IMG/VR virus record: IMGVR_UViG_3300025357_000051
Span: 1-25,336 of that record
Length of the DNA: 25,336 bases
Direction: 5' to 3' (one strand)
From: a virus
Lineage: Duplodnaviria > Caudoviricetes
Shown here: positions 16,477 through 23,754 of the stretch, piece after piece
Position numbering within the stretch: the stretch's first letter is position 1
Layout of the letters: each line of letters begins with the position of its first letter
Notes under the pieces: model-generated
Databases searched by the model: none
What the model saw: the letters and a program-made list of their open reading frames with translations, nothing else
Told to the model about the DNA's origin: nothing
Program-made: the position numbers and the translations under genes

Positions 16477-16927
16477 GTATATCGGATTACACGAAGGCAC
16501 AAGCACAAAGGCTAACCCAAAGGTGGTTAAGTTCTTTGCTGAAGCAGACCATCCAGAAATCAAGAACGACCATACAACACCTTGGTGTGCCGCATTTGTC
16601 GGTGCCGTGTTGGATGAGGCAGGACTTACACATACAGGTTCATTATTGGCATTAAGTTATGCCAAGTATGGTCAGAAACTAACCAAACCAATGGTTGGTT
16701 GTATTGCCACTAAGAAACGAAACGGTGGCGGCCACGTATTCTTTGTCGTTTCATTTGATGCTAAGTATGTCTATGGTTTAGGTGGAAACCAGAATGACCA
16801 AGTATCAATAGCAAGATTTCCCCGTTCAGTTATCTACTCTTATTGCTGGCCTGCTGGAGTGCCTATTCCTGACAATGTTATAAATACGGTGGTAGCAAAT
16901 ACAACAACCAACGTAAAAGAGACCTGA
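16433..16927 (+). CDS. TIGR02594-family (NlpC/P60-CHAP-like) peptidoglycan hydrolase
   Basis: PWM..A, TPWCAAFV, GHVFF, LGGNQND. Confidence 0.88.
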   Translation: MKNITDLPWMTIANKYIGLHEGTSTKANPKVVKFFAEADHPEIKNDHTTPWCAAFVGAVLDEAGLTHTGSLLALSYAKYGQKLTKPMVGCIATKKRNGGGHVFFVVSFDAKYVYGLGGNQNDQVSIARFPRSVIYSYCWPAGVPIPDNVINTVVANTTTNVKET

Positions 16928-16928
16928 A

Positions 16929-17369
16929 ATGGAAGAAGTAGTAGAAAAGGCAAAAGTATTATTAGGTAATGTATTCGTGATGTATATGAAGTCACACGCA
17001 TATCACTGGAACTATATCGGTTCCGACTTTCCGCAATATCACAAGTTTCTCAATGAACTATATGAAGAACTACACGATTCCGTAGATGACATTGCTGAAC
17101 AAATCCGTGCTATGGATAACTTTGCTCCAGCATCTCTGGCACGTATGATTGAGTTATCTGAAATCAAAGAAGACACACAGATTGTAAAACCAGAAAAGAT
17201 GTTTAAAAACCTATTTGATGCTAATGAACAGGTACTCGCTTGCCTTGATGAATGTTATAGATTGTCTGGTGAAAATAAAGCATGGGGTTGGCAGAACTAT
17301 GTCCAAGACCTAATCACCGCGCATCGTAAGCATCGCTGGATGTTGAGGGCAACACTAGGGGAGAAGTAA
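16929..17369 (+). CDS. dps: Dps family ferritin-like protein
   Basis: HAYHWN..G..F..YH, DDIAEQIR, KHRWML. A TATAAATA late-promoter match lies at 16879-16886. Confidence 0.92.
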   Translation: MEEVVEKAKVLLGNVFVMYMKSHAYHWNYIGSDFPQYHKFLNELYEELHDSVDDIAEQIRAMDNFAPASLARMIELSEIKEDTQIVKPEKMFKNLFDANEQVLACLDECYRLSGENKAWGWQNYVQDLITAHRKHRWMLRATLGEK

Positions 17370-18002
17370 ATGGCATTTATCTTCCGAGACTATTTACCAC
17401 AACCAAAACCAGGTTATCTATCAATACATAACTTTGGCGCAGGAGCCGACGGCAAACCATATTCTTTTATGATATGGAATTCAGGCGATGATCGACATTT
17501 CTACCAAGAAGATTACCATGACAACAAGTGGCAATCAACATGGGTTATGGACTATCTTGGTAACCGTGGTGTATTAGAAACCGCCGACATTTATCCTCGC
17601 CGTTCATATCAAGTCTGGACATCATATAGAACTACCGCATTTACAAAAGGTAAAGAAATCTTTTGGGGTGGTTTACAGAATATTGGTGATGAATTTAACT
17701 CCCCTATTGAAATAGATCCAATTGCTTCAACTAAGTTTGAGGCACCTACAACCGGTAATCAACATGTTAAGTATATTAATCAATATAATATCTATAACAA
17801 ATACACAGATGTTATTGAGTTGATTTACGACCAGTCATTTTCTAATAATAAGTCAACTGGATGGCGTGGTTGGTATGCCCGCGGTGTTGGTGTAATTCAA
17901 ATTAACTGGCGATATGACGGAAAAGATGTTGGTAATCCTTACTTTGGTACAGTTTCGGTTGTTAAAGGAAAGATTGTCAATAAGTATCCTGTCTTGACTT
18001 AA
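17370..18002 (+). CDS. Hypothetical aromatic-rich protein (210 aa)
   Basis: GGAG RBS and abuts dps. No family recognised. Confidence 0.8.
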   Translation: MAFIFRDYLPQPKPGYLSIHNFGAGADGKPYSFMIWNSGDDRHFYQEDYHDNKWQSTWVMDYLGNRGVLETADIYPRRSYQVWTSYRTTAFTKGKEIFWGGLQNIGDEFNSPIEIDPIASTKFEAPTTGNQHVKYINQYNIYNKYTDVIELIYDQSFSNNKSTGWRGWYARGVGVIQINWRYDGKDVGNPYFGTVSVVKGKIVNKYPVLT

Positions 18003-18022
18003 TACCTATTTTTTGATATAAT
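17994..18022 (+). promoter_or_regulatory. Sigma70-type promoter (extended -10)
   Basis: TTGACT-N17-TATAAT with TGn. Confidence 0.8.
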
Positions 18023-18027
18023 GTATT

Positions 18028-18444
18028 ATGAGAAAAGTGAATGAAGGAATACTCCACACATTGGCAAAGGTTGCCGAAGCAAATGATGATAGTAATATCC
18101 GTTTTGCTGCGGCAATTGTGCGTGGAAACAAAATCATATCTATCGGTTTCAATCATAATAAATCCCATCCTTTTCAAGCAAAGTTTGCTAAGAATGAAAT
18201 GGCTATCTTCCTTCATGCGGAAGTTCATGCTATTAAGAATGCCTTGCGTGAGATTAATGTTGATGAACTTTCAAAGTGCGAGATTTATATAACAAGAGTG
18301 AAGAAGAAAAAAGCAGGTGATAAGCATTTTGTTTGGGGTTTATCTAAACCGTGTCCAGGATGTGAGAGAGCAATCGCAGAGTTTGGTTTCCGAAGAACGA
18401 TATATACAACAGATGAACACGGTAAGTATGAGGTAGTAGAATGA
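18028..18444 (+). CDS. Zn-dependent cytidine/dCMP-deaminase-fold protein
   Basis: IISIGFN, LHAEVHA, KPCPGC. Confidence 0.88.
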   Translation: MRKVNEGILHTLAKVAEANDDSNIRFAAAIVRGNKIISIGFNHNKSHPFQAKFAKNEMAIFLHAEVHAIKNALREINVDELSKCEIYITRVKKKKAGDKHFVWGLSKPCPGCERAIAEFGFRRTIYTTDEHGKYEVVE

Positions 18445-19037
18445 TTGAAGAAATTTTTCCAACCCTCATTTTAAACGAAAATGTTTCTTATAAATTTGGA
18501 AATAAATTTAATGATATGGTATATGATATATCTAAAAAATTGAAAAAAGAATCAAAATCAAATCAACATGAAGGATGGAATTGTGACACTTTTAATACTA
18601 GGGAAATAAATTTAAAAGATGAAGACATTTTTAAAGATTTTTCTAATTTTATAAAATCTAGAACATTAGTATTTATAGATAATTATAAATTCCACAACAA
18701 ATATAAATTAAAAATGACGGATCTGTGGATAAATGTTGCTTCACCTGGAGACTATCAGGAGTATCATATACATCCACGTTCACATTTCAGCGCGGTTTAT
18801 TATGTTAAGGCAAATAAAAATTCTGGAGATTTTGTTATTAGAAGTATAGAAGGATGGAATGATATGATGCATCTTGATAGAGAAGAAAACAACCGTTTTA
18901 ATGCTGATTGTTATTTTTATGAACCGCATCCTTCAAAGTTATTGGTGTTTAAATCTAATCTCCCACACATGGTTAAGAAAAATAAAAGTGAGGAAGATAG
19001 AGTTAGCATCTCCATGAACTTTATAATGGAGGAATAA
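18441..19037 (+). CDS. Putative 2OG-Fe(II) oxygenase (TIGR02466-like)
   Basis: IFPT, WIN, HIHPRSHFSAVYY, FKSNLPHMV, RVSISMN. Confidence 0.85.
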   Translation: MIEEIFPTLILNENVSYKFGNKFNDMVYDISKKLKKESKSNQHEGWNCDTFNTREINLKDEDIFKDFSNFIKSRTLVFIDNYKFHNKYKLKMTDLWINVASPGDYQEYHIHPRSHFSAVYYVKANKNSGDFVIRSIEGWNDMMHLDREENNRFNADCYFYEPHPSKLLVFKSNLPHMVKKNKSEEDRVSISMNFIMEE

Positions 19038-19045
19038 GGAAAAAT

Positions 19046-19879
19046 ATGTTAAAAACACCTTTACGTTATCCTGGTGGCAAGTCAAAAGCTATGACAAAGA
19101 TGGCACCACATTTTCCATCTAAAGACAAAGTTAAACATTACAGAGAACCTTTCCTTGGCGGCGGCTCTGTTGCTTTATGGATGACCCAAAATTATAATCT
19201 GGAATCCGTATGGGTAAATGATCTTTATTGGCCACTATATAATTTTTGGATTCATTTGCGTGACCATGGTAATACATTATCAAATGCTTTAATAGAAACT
19301 AAAAAGAATTATGGTACAGTAAATGAGGCTAGAGAATTATTTGACCTGGCAAAAAAAGAATTGAGTGACAAAGATGCTACACCGATTGAGAAGGCTATTA
19401 ACTTTTGGATCGTTAACAAATGTTCTTTTTCCGGTCTCACGGAATCATCATCATTCTCAGCGGATGCCAGTCAAGGTAACTTTACACTCAAAGGTGCCGA
19501 AGCACTTAAAGACTATAGTAAAATCATCAAGAATTGGAACATTACAAACCTATCCTACGAAAATCTTTTGGAACGACAATCAGAACCAGACACATTCATT
19601 TACCTCGATCCACCGTATGAGATATCATCGAACCTCTATGGTAAGAAAGGGTCCATGCATAAAGGTTTTGATCATAGTGATTTTGCTGCACGTTGTTGCG
19701 CTAAGTCTTCTGAGTATCCTATAATCATCTCTTACAATGCCGACCAGTCGGTCAAAGAAAGATTTCCTGAATGGAATCAGAATGAGTTTTCATTGACTTA
19801 CACTATGCGGTCCAACTCGGCCAACTATCGCAAGAACCAACCAAAGCGTCTTGAGTTGTTGCTAACCAACTATGACTAA
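19046..19879 (+). CDS. dam: Dam-like (D12 class) N6-adenine DNA methyltransferase
   Basis: LRYPGGKS, EPFLGGGSV, VND, YLDPPY. Target specificity is not determined. Confidence 0.92.
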   Translation: MLKTPLRYPGGKSKAMTKMAPHFPSKDKVKHYREPFLGGGSVALWMTQNYNLESVWVNDLYWPLYNFWIHLRDHGNTLSNALIETKKNYGTVNEARELFDLAKKELSDKDATPIEKAINFWIVNKCSFSGLTESSSFSADASQGNFTLKGAEALKDYSKIIKNWNITNLSYENLLERQSEPDTFIYLDPPYEISSNLYGKKGSMHKGFDHSDFAARCCAKSSEYPIIISYNADQSVKERFPEWNQNEFSLTYTMRSNSANYRKNQPKRLELLLTNYD

Positions 19880-19882
19880 ATA
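19875..19882 (+). promoter_or_regulatory. T4-like late promoter
   Basis: ACTAAATA overlapping the methylase stop codon. Confidence 0.55.
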
Positions 19883-19906
19883 TGGAGTAAAACTAATAGG
19901 GTTGAA

Positions 19907-21148
19907 ATGGACGTTAAACAGACCATATTAAAAGCACTAGACAAATACGAAGTCGAGGGCAAAGGTAAAACATTTATAATCTATACAACCGATGGTCGTG
20001 TAGATACCTTGATGGCAGTGGCAAAAAAGATTAAAGGTGCCAAGTATAGCAAAACTGGTGCTAGTTCTGCTGGTGAAGTTCAAGTTCCTCCATATAAGAT
20101 TATTGCTAAGCCACCTAAAAAAGGTGGTGCAGGAGCCGGTTCAGGTGCTGGTGCTTATATCACCGCTGTTGCTGAATCCGCTCAGTGTTATTATTGTGCT
20201 GCTGCTTGGTATGGTAAAGATTACTCCGAAAAGACATTAAAAGCAACCGCAAGATATGTTAGGGCCTCTATTTCAGTTGATGAGGTTATTAAAAATCTTC
20301 CAGAACATTGGGTAGTTTCTTGTCGTGTTAGTGCTGACATTCTTAAAAAGAACTATGGTACAAAGAAATATACTTTTCACCGTGGTTCTCCTCTTGTGGA
20401 TTCTATTTCTAATAACTTCAATAGAGTGAATAAAATACAAAAACTATTCAGTAACATTAATAAATGGTCTCCTGCTGATATCTATATGGTGTCTGATGTA
20501 GGTCAAAAATCATCTTTTAATTTTGATGATTTGAATGGTCTAAATGCCTATATGATGAAAATGATTAAGAGTAAAGACCTTGTTGGTGTTTCATTGAAGC
20601 AAACAAAAACGGCTAAACTAGAGAAAGTTAATGTTGATAAAAATAGACCAGAATATAAGTATGTTTCTGCTACAACTGGTAAAAGAGGATACTTTGAGTC
20701 CAAAGACGTTTATATCAACTATGATGGTGGTGAAATCCAGTTTCGTGGATTTCCTCTAACATGGCAGGGTGAGATTAAAGGTAAGACCGCAAACCATGGT
20801 AAGTTGTCAGGTGGTCCTATTAAAACTATTGTTGATAGATATTCAGGTGTTACTGATAAGTTAGATACACAAATGAATACACAAACAGCAATAGGTATGA
20901 AGAATAAAACATTCTATAAAAAGTGGTATGGATATTATACGTCAGTTGTTGGTAAAAATATGAAAGAAGATGAGTTTACTAAAAAGGTAATGCCTATGCC
21001 TCTAGAATGGCAAGTATCTAAATTTCTAGGAACACAATTACTTTTCATTTTAAATAAATCTAAAAATAAACAATTGATAGTTTCTAGTATGATTAACTAT
21101 GCCAAATCAGTATCCGAGTTTTCAGCACCTTACTTAAAGGTATCTTAA
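19907..21148 (+). CDS. Basic protein with a PD-(D/E)xK-like (restriction-endonuclease-fold) motif
   Basis: AES helix, NKWSPADIY and LVGVSLKQ fit E...PxD...SxK variants of this fold. The function is inferred. Confidence 0.6.
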   Translation: MDVKQTILKALDKYEVEGKGKTFIIYTTDGRVDTLMAVAKKIKGAKYSKTGASSAGEVQVPPYKIIAKPPKKGGAGAGSGAGAYITAVAESAQCYYCAAAWYGKDYSEKTLKATARYVRASISVDEVIKNLPEHWVVSCRVSADILKKNYGTKKYTFHRGSPLVDSISNNFNRVNKIQKLFSNINKWSPADIYMVSDVGQKSSFNFDDLNGLNAYMMKMIKSKDLVGVSLKQTKTAKLEKVNVDKNRPEYKYVSATTGKRGYFESKDVYINYDGGEIQFRGFPLTWQGEIKGKTANHGKLSGGPIKTIVDRYSGVTDKLDTQMNTQTAIGMKNKTFYKKWYGYYTSVVGKNMKEDEFTKKVMPMPLEWQVSKFLGTQLLFILNKSKNKQLIVSSMINYAKSVSEFSAPYLKVS

Positions 21149-22389
21149 TGTTAAAACTATCACAATTCATCACCGAGTCCGCTGCCGAAAAAGACCGTCA
21201 TCTCACGCACATTGAGGATGCCGTGTTGGAAGGTGGTGTTGCTGGTACTCGTAATGCTATACAGTTTTTAATCTCTCTAAGAGATATGTTTGCCGATGAT
21301 GGTAAAACTTTGAGTGAGGCCCGTGGTGGTCTTATTCTTCGAACTAAGTTCGATGGCGCGCCCGCACTATATGCCGGTATCAACCCAGATAACGGTAAAT
21401 TCTTTGTCGGTTCTAAAAGTATCTTTAACAAAGGTGCCAAACTCAACTACACCCAAGCAGATATTCGGAGTAACCATTCGGGTGGTTTGGCCGATAAATT
21501 ATCTTTGGCATTAAAGTATCTTCCAGAACTCGGCATTACAGGTATCATACATGGTGATTTTATGTTTTCACATGATGAACTGAAATCGGAGACCATTGAT
21601 GGTAAGAAGTATATTACTTTTAGGCCTAATACGATTACATATGCTGTTGAACAAGGTACTACACTTGCCAAACAGGTTATGGCAGCTAAGATGGGAATTG
21701 TTTTCCATACTTCTTACATCGGTAATAGTATGGCCAATCTTCAAACTCACTTCGATGTTGATATTGGGCGGTTACATTCATCACGCAATGTCTGGTATAG
21801 AACAAATCGTTTCATGGATGTAACAGGTAAGGCCACACTAACCAAGGCAGAGAATGAAAGATTGTCTGGTATACTCACGCAAGCGGGTGGATTGTTTAGA
21901 CAAATACCTGCGGCACTACTAAACGAGATTGCCTCTAACGATACATACCGTATTCCAATTATGACTTATTACAACCAGAAGGTCCGCGCAGGCGAACACA
22001 TGAGTGCCGGTCATGTAAATGAAATCATCAAGTTTGTTTCAGACAAGTATGATAAACAGATTGCCGATGCCAAGATGCCTGCTACCAAGGCCAAAAGAAC
22101 CGCAGAAAAGAAAATGGTTATTGGTTGGTACCGTAGAAATGCCGTCGGCCTTAAAAACATATTTCAACTACAGAACCTTTTTATTGATGCCAAGACAATG
22201 CTTATTCGCAAGTTCAATCAAGTGAACGATATTGGCACATTCTTACATACACCAGATGGTGGATATAAAGTAACATCACCAGAAGGATACGTTGCAGCAT
22301 GGTCCACAGGTGGTGATGCTGTCAAACTTATTGACCGTATGGAGTTTTCACGATCTAACTTCCTAGCAACAAAGAACTGGACAAAATGA
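21148..22389 (+). CDS. Ligase-like covalent nucleotidyltransferase-fold protein
   Basis: TKFDGAP (motif I KxDG), HGDFMF (III-like), PEGYV (IV), VKL (V) in the canonical order. Confidence 0.65.
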   Translation: MLKLSQFITESAAEKDRHLTHIEDAVLEGGVAGTRNAIQFLISLRDMFADDGKTLSEARGGLILRTKFDGAPALYAGINPDNGKFFVGSKSIFNKGAKLNYTQADIRSNHSGGLADKLSLALKYLPELGITGIIHGDFMFSHDELKSETIDGKKYITFRPNTITYAVEQGTTLAKQVMAAKMGIVFHTSYIGNSMANLQTHFDVDIGRLHSSRNVWYRTNRFMDVTGKATLTKAENERLSGILTQAGGLFRQIPAALLNEIASNDTYRIPIMTYYNQKVRAGEHMSAGHVNEIIKFVSDKYDKQIADAKMPATKAKRTAEKKMVIGWYRRNAVGLKNIFQLQNLFIDAKTMLIRKFNQVNDIGTFLHTPDGGYKVTSPEGYVAAWSTGGDAVKLIDRMEFSRSNFLATKNWTK

Positions 22390-22991
22390 AAAAGTTTAAA
22401 ACAAAAGTAGGTCAAGGTACACTAAACATCTTTGACATTGACGATACGTTGTTTATGCCTAATGCCAAGACAAATGTTGTAAAAGACGGCAAGGTTGTTG
22501 CCCGTCTTTCATCCGAAGATTTAAAACATTATAAACCAAAACCAGGTGAAAGATTAGACTTTGGTGAGTTTAGGTCTGGTAAGTATTTCCATGATAAAGC
22601 AGAACCTATTGAGAAGATGATTAGACGGGCCCAGTTGGTCGTCGGTCATCAAGGGGCACACTCAAGAACCATTATTGTAACAGCAAGAGCAGACGTATCA
22701 GACAAAGATATGTTTCTAAAAAAGTTCCGTGATAATGGATTCCCTATTGACCAGGTCCATGTCGAGCGGTCTGGTAATATCTTTGGTGGTGGTAATGCAG
22801 CACCATTATCCAAGGCCGTAGTTATTCGTAAGTATATTGATAGTGGTAAGTTCAACAAAATCCGCATGTGGGATGACCACGAAGGTAACTTGTCTATGCT
22901 ATTACAACTGGCAAAGCTACATCCAGAAATAGAGTTTGAGGCCTATTTGGTGAATCCAAAAACTGGTGTGCCTACAAGGTTTACTAAATAA
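22386..22991 (+). CDS. HAD-superfamily phosphatase (Pnkp-phosphatase-like)
   Basis: FDIDDTL, VTAR, K, WDD...N. Confidence 0.85.
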   Translation: MKKFKTKVGQGTLNIFDIDDTLFMPNAKTNVVKDGKVVARLSSEDLKHYKPKPGERLDFGEFRSGKYFHDKAEPIEKMIRRAQLVVGHQGAHSRTIIVTARADVSDKDMFLKKFRDNGFPIDQVHVERSGNIFGGGNAAPLSKAVVIRKYIDSGKFNKIRMWDDHEGNLSMLLQLAKLHPEIEFEAYLVNPKTGVPTRFTK

Positions 22992-22994
22992 ACG

Positions 22995-23108
22995 ATGGAA
23001 AAAGAACAGAAAACCGACACACCTACACCTATCGTCAAACCAGTATCAATACTGGAAACTATTAGACGTATCGTGCGAAAGGTCCGAAAAGAAGAGAAAT
23101 ATAAATAA
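22995..23108 (+). CDS. Small basic protein (37 aa, not in ORF track)
   Basis: MEKEQKTDTPTPIVKPVSILETIRRIVRKVRKEEKYK*. Fills the gap exactly. ACTAAATA lies at 22983-22990 just before the ATG. Confidence 0.55.
   Translation: MEKEQKTDTPTPIVKPVSILETIRRIVRKVRKEEKYK
23100..23107 (+). promoter_or_regulatory. T4 consensus late promoter
   Basis: Exact TATAAATA ending 26 nt before the next ATG. Confidence 0.7.
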
Positions 23109-23133
23109 CCAATAACATACCGCAGAGGTAGAT

Positions 23134-23754
23134 ATGAAAAAAGATTCTTTCGTCTATTGTTGGACGGATCATAAACACAAAAAATTATATATTGGTGCCC
23201 ATAAAGGGACAATAAAAGATGGTTATATATGTTCTTCTAAAATAATGTTGGAAGAACACTCACTACGCCCACAAGATTTCACCCGTCAAATTATAGCAGA
23301 AGGTATCTACGAAGATATGTTATCTTTGGAAACTGCTATATTGCGTTCCGTAAATGCTAAAATTAACGAGGATTATTATAACCTTCATAATGGTGATGGT
23401 AAGTTTTATAATAAAAAACAATCGGAAGAATCAAAAAGAAAGATGAGTCTTTCCAAAATGGGTAAAAAACATACAGAGGAAACAAAAAAGAAATTATCTG
23501 AATGTCGCCACTCCGATGAAACCAAAGAAAAATTGAGACAATTGAGATTAAAACAGGAAGATCCAAGATTAGGTAAGACTCATAGTAGTGAGTCAAAGGA
23601 CAAGATTAGACAAACAAAAATGGGTAATAAATCTCATAACAAAAAAGTGACTATTGAAGGTATTACCTATAATTCTTATAAAGAGGCTGCCTCCGCTATT
23701 GGATGTAACTATAACACAATCACAAAAAGAGTAAAGCGAGGTATCTATGTCTAA
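23134..23754 (+). CDS. Seg-like GIY-YIG homing endonuclease with NUMOD3 repeats
   Basis: FVYCW...LYIGAHKG...DGYICSS...E...YYN, then repeats QSEESKRKMS, HTEETKKKLS, HSDETKEKL, HSSESKDKI, and a C-terminal HTH-like segment. Confidence 0.88.
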   Translation: MKKDSFVYCWTDHKHKKLYIGAHKGTIKDGYICSSKIMLEEHSLRPQDFTRQIIAEGIYEDMLSLETAILRSVNAKINEDYYNLHNGDGKFYNKKQSEESKRKMSLSKMGKKHTEETKKKLSECRHSDETKEKLRQLRLKQEDPRLGKTHSSESKDKIRQTKMGNKSHNKKVTIEGITYNSYKEAASAIGCNYNTITKRVKRGIYV

